DNA of 64,000 bases from an uncultured Planctomycetales bacterium. GTDB lineage: Bacteria > Omnitrophota > Gorgyraeia > Zapsychrales > JANLHA01. The notes under the pieces are model-generated. The model had not been told where the DNA came from and did not search any database. It saw nothing but the letters and a program-made list of their open reading frames with translations. Made by a program: the position numbers and the translations under genes. Below are positions 32,131 to 41,504 of this stretch, in pieces. The stretch's first letter is position 1, and each line of letters opens with the position of its first letter. Where the stretch lies: assembly GCA_964450385.1 (NCBI GenBank), contig CAYVEC010000005.1, positions 6,850-70,849 on the forward strand. The letters are read 5' to 3'.

Positions 32131-34446
32131 CTAAAATCCCCGACTGACACTGAAATAAAATTTTCCAGATCGGTCCGATTCCCCGGGCTGATCATTAAGC
32201 GGATACCCATAATCCAGATTAATTGGCCCGATCGGCGTCTTGAACCGCAGCCCCATACCAACGCCGGCCTTATAATCGCTGCCGCTTGCAAAATCCTGCA
32301 TATCCGGCCAGACATTTCCGATATCATAAAAGGCCGCGAGCTTCAAGAACGTCACAAGCGGGATGGTCAGCTCGGCGTTCCCCACGAGCATCGACTCGCC
32401 GCCGATGGGGTCCTCGGTATTCGGATCAACAGGCCCCACCATGCGTTCATCATATCCACGGATCGTGCGAGCGCCGCCGGAAAAAAACCGCTCGTAGATA
32501 GGCACCCCGTCACTGTCACCGTACTCATCTACGATCCCGCCGTGCAGACGAAATTCCAAAACCGCATCAAACTTTAAGGGAATATTATAGCTGCCCTTCC
32601 CAGAAAGGCGATAAAAATCTTTGTCTCCCGCAAACGGGCCGCCCGCCACATCCAAGGTGCTGCTCACCATCAGGCCCTTCGTTGGATTATAAACATTGTC
32701 GCGCGTGTCCCTTGTCAAATTAAATCCGACGCTGCTGATCGTGTTCTTCCCCTCCTCGGCCAATAAATCGGCAGAGACATTGTCCTCGAAATTCGAAATA
32801 TCAATGTTCTCGAGACGATAATTCGTTGTGCCGTACAGGTATTCAGAGAGCTGCTTACCCAAATGCAGGTCAACGCCTTTCCGTTTCTCATCAAAAGAAT
32901 ACCCGGAATCCTCGTCACGATACCGTTCCGTCAGGTACAGGTCGAACCCGCCCGATACCGGATAATCCATGATCCAGGGCTCGTCAAAACTCAGGCGAAA
33001 ACTGTTGCGCTGCGAACTCGCCTCTGTCCGAAAGAGCAGCCGCTGCCCGCCCCCCGTGAACGTTGGCCAATTCGTAAAATCAAAGTTCCGCTGCTCGATC
33101 TCGACAAACCCCACTAGACTGTCGACCGTGCTGTAACCGCCGCCGAAATTGAACGATCCGGTCTTGGCCTCTTCAACCTGGACGATGAGGTCCTTATAAT
33201 TCGACCGGTCGGTGTCCTCGGTGTCGTAGGAGATGTCCTTAAAATATCCGAGATTCTGGAGGCGCTCTTTGCTCCGGCGCAATTTCGCCCCGTCAAAACG
33301 ATCGCCGGGATAAAGCCGCATCTCCCGCCGCACAACAATATCGCGCGTCCGGGTATTCCCTTGGACCTTGATCTTGTTCACAAAGGCCAGGGCTCCCTCA
33401 AAGACATCGAGGCGCACCATCACCTTCCCGGTCTCGGGATGAAGGGCCGTTGAATCCTGAACCTGAGCGAAAATATAACCTTTATCAAAATACACAGTCC
33501 GGACATTCGCGATATCAAGGCTGAGTTTGTCGCGGCTAAAGACCTGGCCCGGCCGGATCTCCTTCATCGCGTCCAAGATCTCTTCCTGAGTCACAACACT
33601 GTTCCCTTGGACCGAGACGCCCTCGACATAATACCTCTTCCCCTCAACCACTGTAAAGGTGAGCTCGATGCGGCCCTTCCGCCCTTGAACGGTCTCTTTG
33701 GTGACCCGGGCATCAATAAAACCCTCTTTCCCATAGAACGACTGCAGCCGGGCAACGTCTTCATCCACCACTTGATCTTTCAGATGCCCAGAGGTAAACC
33801 ACCCACTCCGCCGGCTCTTGACGACCCGCATCAGGCGCTTATCGGAAAAGGTTGTGTTGCCCTCAAAATGAATCTGACGAACAAGGAGCCGCGGGCCTTC
33901 TTTGATCACAAAGTGCAACTTCACTTGGTTATTCACCGGATCCGCCTCTTCCTGGACATCGATCGCGACCGAGGACAGCCCCTTTTTTGAATACAGCTCT
34001 TTGATCACATCAATATCATCTTTGAGGGTTTTTCGGTCCAGGAATTTCCCCTTCTTAGTCGATATCTTTTTGAGGAGAAACTTAGGCTTGTAATACCGCA
34101 GACGCGAGAACGTGATCTCCCCCACGACCGGCTTTTCAACCACATGAAAGATCACCCGAAATCCGTCCTGGAACTCTTCCCGGTCCACCCGAACATCCGA
34201 AAAATACCCGGTATTGTACAACCGCTTTAGGTCGTCCGAGATCACACCCTGGAGATACTCCTGATCAACCCGCGTCTTGATCTTGGACAAGATCGTGGCA
34301 AGGGAGATCGTCTTGTTTCCCCTAACCTCAACGGCGGTAACATTTTTCCGCTTTACTGAAACATTCTCGGTCGGCAGAGATTGCGCTTGGGCACTGGCCA
34401 CAACCGCGGTAAGGCACCACACCATGAGGAGATATTTTTTTATCAT
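32131..34446 (-). CDS. bamA: Outer membrane protein assembly factor BamA
   Basis: Signal peptide, multiple POTRA repeats, C-terminal 16-strand barrel ending in an aromatic residue (...SVSRGF). Start ATG at 34446 (MIKKYLLMVW) preferred. Confidence 0.85.
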   Translation of the reverse strand: MIKKYLLMVWCLTAVVASAQAQSLPTENVSVKRKNVTAVEVRGNKTISLATILSKIKTRVDQEYLQGVISDDLKRLYNTGYFSDVRVDREEFQDGFRVIFHVVEKPVVGEITFSRLRYYKPKFLLKKISTKKGKFLDRKTLKDDIDVIKELYSKKGLSSVAIDVQEEADPVNNQVKLHFVIKEGPRLLVRQIHFEGNTTFSDKRLMRVVKSRRSGWFTSGHLKDQVVDEDVARLQSFYGKEGFIDARVTKETVQGRKGRIELTFTVVEGKRYYVEGVSVQGNSVVTQEEILDAMKEIRPGQVFSRDKLSLDIANVRTVYFDKGYIFAQVQDSTALHPETGKVMVRLDVFEGALAFVNKIKVQGNTRTRDIVVRREMRLYPGDRFDGAKLRRSKERLQNLGYFKDISYDTEDTDRSNYKDLIVQVEEAKTGSFNFGGGYSTVDSLVGFVEIEQRNFDFTNWPTFTGGGQRLLFRTEASSQRNSFRLSFDEPWIMDYPVSGGFDLYLTERYRDEDSGYSFDEKRKGVDLHLGKQLSEYLYGTTNYRLENIDISNFEDNVSADLLAEEGKNTISSVGFNLTRDTRDNVYNPTKGLMVSSTLDVAGGPFAGDKDFYRLSGKGSYNIPLKFDAVLEFRLHGGIVDEYGDSDGVPIYERFFSGGARTIRGYDERMVGPVDPNTEDPIGGESMLVGNAELTIPLVTFLKLAAFYDIGNVWPDMQDFASGSDYKAGVGMGLRFKTPIGPINLDYGYPLNDQPGESDRSGKFYFSVSRGF

Positions 34447-34480
34447 AATGAAAAAATTATAGGGGTAAGACCTGGTGATG

Positions 34481-35812
34481 TCAACCACCATGTGCAAGAT
34501 TTTCAAAACGAACAAACTCTTTAAGAAACGCGAGCTTCATATTACCCACGGGCCCGTTACGCTGTTTGGCGATCATGACCTCCGCCTGGCCTCGGTTCTC
34601 CTCGGTCGGATTATAATACTCCTCCCGAACGAGCAGGACCACGACATCGGCATCCTGTTCGATCGCCCCTGACTCGCGCAGGTCCGACAACTGGGGCCGG
34701 TGATCCTGGCGGCTCTCGACTGCCCGGGACAGCTGGCTTAGGGCAATGATCGGGACCGAGAGCTCTCGCGCCAAGGCCTTGAGCGACCGCGAGATCTCAG
34801 AGATCTCCTGCTGACGGCTTTCGGACTGGCTCGTCCCGCGCATGAGCTGAAGATAGTCAAGCACAATGAGCTGAATATCGTGCTGGGCCTTGAGGCGCCG
34901 GGCCTTGGCCCGAAGCTCAAGGGCCGAGATCGCCGGGGTGTCATCAATAAAAATCTTGGCGTTCGAGAGCTTGCCGGCCGCCTTCGTGAGCAGGGGCCAG
35001 TCAGACGGCGAAAGGAATCCCGTCCGGACCTTATGCGCGTCAACCCGCGCCTGAGAACAAAGCATGCGCTGAACGAGTTGTTCCTTCGACATCTCCAGGC
35101 TGAAAAGAGCCACCGCCTTGCCGGATTCGATGCCGATATATTCAACGATCGAACTGGCAAAGGCGCTCTTCCCCATCGAGGGCCGCCCGGCAAGAATGAT
35201 CAGATCCGAGGGCTGAAGTCCCGAGGTCATCCGATCAAAATCAACAAACCCCGTCGGAAGCCCTGTGACCTTTTCCTTGCGCTGAAAAAGACGATCGATC
35301 TTCTCAATGCTGTGTTTAACAAGGTCCTTGATGTCCACCGCGATCTGACGATGCTTGATCTCGGAGATCTCAAAGATCAGCCGCTCGGCCTCATCGACCG
35401 CGTCGTTCACATCGATCTTCGTATCATAGCAGCGGGTGGCGATCCGGGTCGCGTTCTTGATCAGGCTCCGAAGGATCCCCTTGGCCTTCACGATCTCTGA
35501 ATAGTGCTCAATATTAGCCGACGTGGGAACCATATCGGCGAGCTTGGAAAGATACGGCACCCCTCCCACCTTTTCGAGAACGCCATTGTCCCGAAGCCGG
35601 TCGGAAAGGGTAATCAAATCAACATTTTTTCGCTGATGATACAGGTCGAGGATCGAAAGATAAATCGACCGGTGGGCATCCTCATAGAACCACGAGGCGT
35701 CGAGGATCTCGAGTGCGGTCCCGATCGCCTCGTCATCAATCAGCATGGCACCGAGAACGGACTGCTCCGCCTCGATGTTCTGCGGAGGAATTTTTATTTC
35801 TTCGCCACCCAT
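34481..35812 (-). CDS. dnaB: Replicative DNA helicase
   Basis: IEAEQSVLGAMLID N-terminus, Walker A GRPSMGKSAF. No intein. Confidence 0.9.
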   Translation of the reverse strand: MGGEEIKIPPQNIEAEQSVLGAMLIDDEAIGTALEILDASWFYEDAHRSIYLSILDLYHQRKNVDLITLSDRLRDNGVLEKVGGVPYLSKLADMVPTSANIEHYSEIVKAKGILRSLIKNATRIATRCYDTKIDVNDAVDEAERLIFEISEIKHRQIAVDIKDLVKHSIEKIDRLFQRKEKVTGLPTGFVDFDRMTSGLQPSDLIILAGRPSMGKSAFASSIVEYIGIESGKAVALFSLEMSKEQLVQRMLCSQARVDAHKVRTGFLSPSDWPLLTKAAGKLSNAKIFIDDTPAISALELRAKARRLKAQHDIQLIVLDYLQLMRGTSQSESRQQEISEISRSLKALARELSVPIIALSQLSRAVESRQDHRPQLSDLRESGAIEQDADVVVLLVREEYYNPTEENRGQAEVMIAKQRNGPVGNMKLAFLKEFVRFENLAHGG

Positions 35813-36237
35813 ACTCTGACTTTGGCTACCACCTCAGGATGGAGTTTGATCCCCACATCAAAGATGCCCAATTCGCTAATCGGATGCTCCAGCAAGACGT
35901 CTTTCTTGTCAACATTAAAACCCTCATCACTTAAGGCCTTCACGATCTCCACATCGGTCACCGAACCGTACATCTTGTCGAGATCATTCACCTCGACGGT
36001 GATCGTGATCGACGTCTTTTCGAGGTTCTGGGCCAGGGCCGCGGCCTCTTTCTTACGCACCGCGGACTCGGCCTCGACCTTCGCCTTCTGCTGAGCGATC
36101 CGCTTGAGATTTTCCGTCGTGGCCGCAAAGGCGAGCTTGCGCGGCAGAAGATAATTGCGGGCAAAACCGCTCTTGACCTTCACGACATCGCCGACCTTCC
36201 CTAATTTGTCGACATCTTGAGATAAAATCACGTCCAT
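35794..36237 (-). CDS. rplI: 50S ribosomal protein L9
   Basis: MDVILSQDVDKLGKVGDVVKVKSGFARNYLLP. Confidence 0.9.
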   Translation of the reverse strand: MDVILSQDVDKLGKVGDVVKVKSGFARNYLLPRKLAFAATTENLKRIAQQKAKVEAESAVRKKEAAALAQNLEKTSITITVEVNDLDKMYGSVTDVEIVKALSDEGFNVDKKDVLLEHPISELGIFDVGIKLHPEVVAKVRVWVAKK

Positions 36238-36307
36238 AATAACACTTCCTTGTTATCGTCGTTCTCGGTTAACATCACGCCAATACCCAACAGCGCCCCG
36301 CGCGCGC

Positions 36308-36565
36308 TTAACGGCGCTTCGAGCTCCCGACCGACAGCAACCCGAGGAACCGCGCCCGTTTAATGGCGATCCCGATCTCGCGCTGCTGCTGGGCCGTGAC
36401 CCCGCTCAGGCGGCGCGACAGCATCTTACCGCGGTCCGTCAAATAGCGCTTCAAGACCTCAACTTCTTTATAGTCAATGTGCGTGTCCTTCGGCAGGACA
36501 TATTTAACGATGCGCTTTTTCGGTTTCAACACCCGTTTTTTGAAATTTTCCTTTTTCTTAATCAA
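36308..36565 (-). CDS. rpsR: 30S ribosomal protein S18
   Basis: [28 protein letters not shown]...[11 protein letters not shown]. Confidence 0.85.
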   Translation of the reverse strand: MIKKKENFKKRVLKPKKRIVKYVLPKDTHIDYKEVEVLKRYLTDRGKMLSRRLSGVTAQQQREIGIAIKRARFLGLLSVGSSKRR

Positions 36566-36605
36566 CGTCTCCTCCTTGACCTACTGGCCTTCCCGACTCA
36601 TCCGA

Positions 36606-37028
36606 TTATTCATCCCAGACAACATCCTCGGGCATGATCGCTACGTCCCCGATGTCATGGGCATCAAGATCATGATCCCCGTCCTGTTTGTCAGGGGAAA
36701 ACTTTCCCAGAAATTGGACCCGCTCTGCACGCACATCGATCGTGCTGCGCTTCTGTCCTTCCGGGGTTTCCCATGACCGCGACTGAAGGACCCCCTCGAC
36801 GAAAATGGGGCTGCCTTTCTGCAGATGCTCACAGCACGCCTCTGCCTGCTTGTCCCAGACCGTCACCGTCAAAAAACACACATCTTCCTTAAGCTCGCCG
36901 CTCTTATCGCGGAAACGGCGGTTCACGGCGAGACCAAGATTCGCGACAGCCACACCAGCCGGCGTGGTCCGCAATTCTGGGTCCCGGGTCAGATTCCCGA
37001 TCAAAAACACCTTATTCAAATTCGCCAT
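36606..37028 (-). CDS. ssb: Single-stranded DNA-binding protein
   Basis: MANLNKVFLIGNLTRDPELR OB-fold. Acidic C-terminal tail ending DVAIMPEDVVWDE. Confidence 0.9.
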   Translation of the reverse strand: MANLNKVFLIGNLTRDPELRTTPAGVAVANLGLAVNRRFRDKSGELKEDVCFLTVTVWDKQAEACCEHLQKGSPIFVEGVLQSRSWETPEGQKRSTIDVRAERVQFLGKFSPDKQDGDHDLDAHDIGDVAIMPEDVVWDE

Positions 37029-37099
37029 CGTCGCCTCCTACACCCAACATCCCGTTTCTCTGTTCGTCAAGGGACACCCCCACCCTGTCGACCTACCGG

Positions 37100-37390
37100 C
37101 TATCGCTTCACCTTAATGATGAGCGAACGCAGGATCTTCTCATTGATCCGCATCGCCTGACGGAGCTCAGCCAGCCGGGCCCCTCCGCCTTCGAAATTCA
37201 CCAGATAATAGGTGCCTTCCGAACTCTTCTTCATCTGGAAACTCATGCGCTGCCGATCGATCCAGACCTGCCTGTTGACGACCTTACCCCCGCACTTTGC
37301 GATCTCATCGGCGACCGACTTCATGACCGCCTCTTTCTGATCCTGAGGAAGGGCCGCATCAACAATGACCACTAATTCATACTTATCCAT
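37100..37390 (-). CDS. rpsF: 30S ribosomal protein S6
   Basis: MDKYELVVIVDAAL...YLVNFEG. Confidence 0.9.
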   Translation of the reverse strand: MDKYELVVIVDAALPQDQKEAVMKSVADEIAKCGGKVVNRQVWIDRQRMSFQMKKSSEGTYYLVNFEGGGARLAELRQAMRINEKILRSLIIKVKR

Positions 37391-37973
37391 CTTCCTTCCT
37401 TTTGTTAAATTGACCCATTACCGTGTCAATATCCTTTTCCCGTAGCCAGGCCCGGCAACACCCAACGGCCTGGTCGATGAGGTCGCCGAGACCTACCGTC
37501 TCCGCGCGATCGAAGCGGGCGAGAACATAATCCGCCGCGTCCTGAGGACCCCGTGGCCGACCGATCCCGAGCCGCAACCTGGGAAAATCCGTTGACCCCA
37601 GGGCCTCGATCACGGATTTGAGGCCGTTATGGCCGCCGTCACTCCCGTTCCGGCGGATCCGAAGCTGCCCGAACTCGAGATTATAATCATCGCAGACAAC
37701 TAAAATATTTTCCGGAGCGATCTTATAATACCGGCTGAAGGGCCCCACCGCCGCCCCAGAACAATTCATAAACGTCATCGGACGGATCAAGGCAACGTCA
37801 GCCCCATCCACACGGCCACCCGTCTCCTCGGTCTGAAACTCACGGCGCGGTTGCCAGCCCCAGCCGAACGAATCGGCGAGTGCCTGCACGACCAAGAACC
37901 CTAAATTATGCCGGGTGCCTTGATACTCCCGGCCGGGATTCCCGAGCCCAACGATCATCCGCGTATATGCCAA
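37383..37973 (-). CDS. pth: Peptidyl-tRNA hydrolase
   Basis: MIVGLGNPGREYQGTRHNLGF. Confidence 0.9.
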   Translation of the reverse strand: MAYTRMIVGLGNPGREYQGTRHNLGFLVVQALADSFGWGWQPRREFQTEETGGRVDGADVALIRPMTFMNCSGAAVGPFSRYYKIAPENILVVCDDYNLEFGQLRIRRNGSDGGHNGLKSVIEALGSTDFPRLRLGIGRPRGPQDAADYVLARFDRAETVGLGDLIDQAVGCCRAWLREKDIDTVMGQFNKRKEDG

Positions 37974-37978
37974 TGCCG

Positions 37979-38680
37979 CTATTCCTTTTTCTGAGCAGCG
38001 CCTTCACCAGTCGCCCCGTCCCCAGCTGCGCCTTCCTTTTCCTTCTTCTTGATCAGCTCAGGCTCAGCGTCACCCGCCTCAGCAGGCTGCTCTTCTTCAA
38101 CACGGCGCGGCGGAACGACCGTAAACACGATCGCCTCCGGGTCATGATGGGTCGACAACCCCGCCGGCAGAACGAGATCCTTCACATGAATGCTCTGGCC
38201 GATCTCCAGTTTCGTGACATCGACCTTCAGATCCTCAGGGATGTCCATCGGAAGACAGGTGATATCAAGCTCCCAGAGAATGTGATCCAGCGATCCGCCT
38301 CCCTGCCTCACGCCGATCGGCTCTCCGTCGGCGGTCAACGGGACCTTGACCGAGATCTTCTCCTTCAATGAGATCCGCTTAAAGTCCACATGAACGACCG
38401 ACCCCGAGACAAAATGATGCTGTTCTTCTTTGACGATAGCGGAATAGTCCTTGAGCTTCTTGTCTCCCTCAAGAACCGTGAGATGAAAGACCACCTCACC
38501 ATGATGCTGACGACGAATCTTCTCATACGAACGCCGATCGAACTTGATCGCCGCCGGCTCTTCCTTCCCGCCATAAACAACGCCCGGGATCATATCCGCA
38601 CGCCGGACAGCCCTGATCTTTTGGCCGCCCACCTCTTGTCGAATCTGTACATCTAATTTAACTTCTTCCATTTTTTCCAA
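37979..38680 (-). CDS. rplY: 50S ribosomal protein L25 / general stress protein Ctc
   Basis: L25 N-domain (IPGVVYG) plus Ctc-type C-terminal extension with an acidic/lysine tail. Confidence 0.85.
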   Translation of the reverse strand: MEKMEEVKLDVQIRQEVGGQKIRAVRRADMIPGVVYGGKEEPAAIKFDRRSYEKIRRQHHGEVVFHLTVLEGDKKLKDYSAIVKEEQHHFVSGSVVHVDFKRISLKEKISVKVPLTADGEPIGVRQGGGSLDHILWELDITCLPMDIPEDLKVDVTKLEIGQSIHVKDLVLPAGLSTHHDPEAIVFTVVPPRRVEEEQPAEAGDAEPELIKKKEKEGAAGDGATGEGAAQKKE

Positions 38681-38711
38681 CCTGCCTTGTTAGTGTTCCT
38701 CTGATTGTTCC

Positions 38712-39656
38712 TTATTCAAAAAGACAACTAATCGACGCCTCATTATGGATCCGATAGATCGCCTCAGCGAGCAACGGCGCGATCGAGACCACCTTGATCT
38801 TGGAATTGTCCTTCGGCTTCTTAAACGGAATACTGTCCGTGATGACCACCTCTTTAAGAATTTTACAGTCGCGGATCCGCTCCAGGGCGTTCCCCGACAA
38901 GACCCCGTGGCTCACCGCGGAATAGACCTCAACCGCGCCTTTTTTGCGCAACCCCTCGGCGGCTTCAATAAGGGATCCGGCCGTCGCCACGATATCATCA
39001 ACGATCACCGCGACCTTGCCTTTCACAGACCCAAGGATGTGCATCACCTCGGTCTTCTCAGGGCTCGTCCGGCGTTTATCAACCACCGCGAGACCGGCGC
39101 AGAGGCGTTTGGAATACGCCCGCGCCATTTTAATGCTCCCGACATCCGGAGAAACAACAACGAGCTTCCGGCGGTCGATCTTCTTTTCTTTAATATATTC
39201 ACAGAGCGAGTTGATCGCGTACAGATGATCCACCGGGATATCAAAAAAACCCTGGATCTGGCTCGCGTGCAGGTCCATCGTCAAGACCCGGTCCGCCCCG
39301 GCGCCGCAGATGAGGTTCGCGATCAATTTTGCGGTGATCGGAACCCTCGGTTTATCCTTCCGGTCCTGGCGGGCATACCCATAATACGGGATAACGGCCG
39401 TGATCCGCTTGGCAGAAGCCCGGCGCGCCGCGTCGATCAGAACCAACAGCTCCATGATATTATCATTCGCCGGCGGGCACGTAGACTGAACAATAAAGGT
39501 GTCTTTCCCGCGGATATTGTCCTGGATCTGAACACGGATCTCACCCTCGCTGAAACGACCCACCAAGGCCTTCGCTAACGCGATATGCAGACTCTTACAG
39601 ATCTTCTTCCCCAAATCCGGGTTCGCATTACCGACCACAATGGCTAATCCGTCCAT
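38712..39656 (-). CDS. prs: Ribose-phosphate pyrophosphokinase
   Basis: Full-length Prs with PRPP-binding loop and DLHA motif. Confidence 0.9.
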   Translation of the reverse strand: MDGLAIVVGNANPDLGKKICKSLHIALAKALVGRFSEGEIRVQIQDNIRGKDTFIVQSTCPPANDNIMELLVLIDAARRASAKRITAVIPYYGYARQDRKDKPRVPITAKLIANLICGAGADRVLTMDLHASQIQGFFDIPVDHLYAINSLCEYIKEKKIDRRKLVVVSPDVGSIKMARAYSKRLCAGLAVVDKRRTSPEKTEVMHILGSVKGKVAVIVDDIVATAGSLIEAAEGLRKKGAVEVYSAVSHGVLSGNALERIRDCKILKEVVITDSIPFKKPKDNSKIKVVSIAPLLAEAIYRIHNEASISCLFE

Positions 39657-39665
39657 TACATCTCC

Positions 39666-40928
39666 TTATGATTTTTTCTTTTTGCCGATCACCCGACCCG
39701 GCACCCCGACCATGACAGAGCCGTTGGGGACGTTCTTTTCTTTCGCCACGACACAACCCGCCCCGACCACCGCGTTCTTTCCGACGTGGACCGGCGCCAC
39801 CAAGATCGCGTCCGACCCGACAAAGGCCCCGGTCTCCACCGTTGTGGGATGTTTCTGGGCGCCGTCAAAATTCGCCGTTACGACACCTGCCCCGATATTC
39901 ACCTGATTCCCGACCGTCGCGTCACCGACAAAACTAAAATGTTTCATGAAACACCCATTGCCGATCGTCGACCGCGAGACCTCGGCAAAATTCCCAATCT
40001 CGGTACGGTCTCCAATGACAGTCCCCGGACGGAGATGGGCGAACGGGCCCACCACGCACCCCTTCCCGATCGTGACGCCCCCCTCGATCACGGTGCAGGG
40101 TTTGATCACGGTATTCCGCCCGATCTTCACGCCAGCGTCGATATACGTCGTCATCGGATCCACGATCGTGATCCCCTCCAGCATCAAGGCCTCGAGGACC
40201 CGACGCCGCATGACCGCGGCCGCCTGGGCCAGATCGATCTTCGTGTTGACGCCCCAGGCCTCTTCCGGGGCATCGGTCTCAAGCGTCTCGATCTTCCAGC
40301 CCTTGCCCACCATGATCTCGACGACATCGGTCAGATAAAATTCCTTCTTGCGCGGATTCTGCCGCACCTCACTGAGGGCCGCAAACACGGACCGGCTCTT
40401 AAAACAATAAATCCCCGCGTTAATCTCCATGATCGACCGCTCGTCTCCGGAGAGGTCCTTATCCTCACGGATCGCGACCGCCCGTCCGTCCGCGCCACGG
40501 ACAATCCGTCCATATCCCTTAGGGTCTGCGATGACCGCGGTCAAGACCGTGCACCCGGCCCCAGATCGACGGTGACGATCAACAAGGGTCGACAAGGTCT
40601 CGGGCCGGATCAACGGGGCATCGCCACAGACCACCAAGACATCTCCATTAAACTCTTTGAAATGCCCCTCTGCCCGGCGCACGGCGTCGGCAGTGCCGAG
40701 GAGCTCCGTCTGCTCCACGGTCTGAACACGGCTCCCGAATGCCTCACGCACCGCATCTCCGCCATGACCGATCACCGCATACATTTTCAAAGAACCTGCT
40801 TTCTCCAAGGCATCGACCACATGCATCACCATTGGGACCCCGCAGATCGGCTGAAGGACCTTAGGCACATCATCCTTCATCCGGGTCCCTTTGCCTGCGG
40901 CCAAAATAATCGCGTGAAGTTCTTTCAT
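39666..40928 (-). CDS. glmU: Bifunctional GlcNAc-1-P uridyltransferase / GlcN-1-P acetyltransferase
   Basis: MKELHAIILAAGKGTRMK N-terminus and C-terminal hexapeptide LbH domain. ORF-track start at 41078 is rejected because it reads through the tRNA gene. The ATG at 40928 has an AGGGGA Shine-Dalgarno. Confidence 0.85.
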   Translation of the reverse strand: MKELHAIILAAGKGTRMKDDVPKVLQPICGVPMVMHVVDALEKAGSLKMYAVIGHGGDAVREAFGSRVQTVEQTELLGTADAVRRAEGHFKEFNGDVLVVCGDAPLIRPETLSTLVDRHRRSGAGCTVLTAVIADPKGYGRIVRGADGRAVAIREDKDLSGDERSIMEINAGIYCFKSRSVFAALSEVRQNPRKKEFYLTDVVEIMVGKGWKIETLETDAPEEAWGVNTKIDLAQAAAVMRRRVLEALMLEGITIVDPMTTYIDAGVKIGRNTVIKPCTVIEGGVTIGKGCVVGPFAHLRPGTVIGDRTEIGNFAEVSRSTIGNGCFMKHFSFVGDATVGNQVNIGAGVVTANFDGAQKHPTTVETGAFVGSDAILVAPVHVGKNAVVGAGCVVAKEKNVPNGSVMVGVPGRVIGKKKKS

Positions 40929-41006
40929 ATCCCCTGACCCGTCCTTATCTCCCACCCACTCCGCCAGACCACCTGATCTCTTAAGAATCTCACCCGTCGA
41001 AACATA

Positions 41007-41077
41007 CTGCCCGGCCTGGATTCGAACCAGGAATGCGAGATCCAAATTCTCGTGTGTTACCATTACACCACCAGGCA
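41007..41077 (-). tRNA. tRNA-Gln (anticodon UUG); CCA not encoded
   Basis: Hand-folded cloverleaf: 7-bp acceptor with U1-A72 and G73, D-arm GTGT/ACAC with G18G19, anticodon stem CGAGA/TCTCG with loop ATTTGGA, T-arm CCTGG-TTCGAAT-CCAGG. U1-A72 plus G73 are classic Gln identity elements. Confidence 0.7.
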
Positions 41078-41106
41078 AAAAATCTCTTCCTGATTGCCCT
41101 CATCCA

Positions 41107-41493
41107 TCATGCGGATTGCTCACTATTTGGTTGTTCCGCCTGGTAGGCCTTCAAGATCATGGACTGCAAATAATCACGAAACTCCTGGGTGATCGGATGC
41201 GCGATATCCCGATGTTCCGCCTTCGCATCATGGATCAACTCGTCCTCGGACGTAGGTTTCAATTCCGTCCCGCACTCATTACAGTACCGACTTCCCACTT
41301 CGTTTTTAAAAAAGCACCTCGCACATGGGATCTTCACCTTCCGCGACGGCATAGCGATAAAAACACCCACCGTCCCCTGAATGATCTTGATATTGCGCAC
41401 CACAAAGGCATGGTCGAAAGTCACCGTCGCATAGGCACGTAATTTTTTGTCCTGCCCCTCTTTCGGAAAGATGCGGATTTCGGTGATCTCCAT
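41107..41493 (-). CDS. spoVG: SpoVG-family protein with inserted zinc-ribbon
   Basis: MEITEIRIFP...FDHAFVVRNIKIIQG..GVFIAMPSRK ... RDIAHPI matches SpoVG. A segment of about 32 aa containing CARC-X12-CNEC lies between those two motifs. Confidence 0.75.
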   Translation of the reverse strand: MEITEIRIFPKEGQDKKLRAYATVTFDHAFVVRNIKIIQGTVGVFIAMPSRKVKIPCARCFFKNEVGSRYCNECGTELKPTSEDELIHDAKAEHRDIAHPITQEFRDYLQSMILKAYQAEQPNSEQSA

Positions 41494-41504
41494 AGGTGCC
41501 TCCT

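Noticed and set aside
32091-32327. N-terminal 79-aa extension of the skp ORF in the track
   Set aside because: It would overlap the bamA 3' end. The signal peptide and the family alignment begin at the ATG at 32090.
39786-40937. 383-aa plus-strand ORF
   Set aside because: It is antisense to glmU. Same GC-driven artefact.
40929-41078. N-terminal 50-aa extension of the glmU ORF in the track
   Set aside because: The frame reads straight through the tRNA-Gln gene at 41007..41077. The conserved GlmU N-terminus begins at the ATG at 40928, which has its own Shine-Dalgarno.
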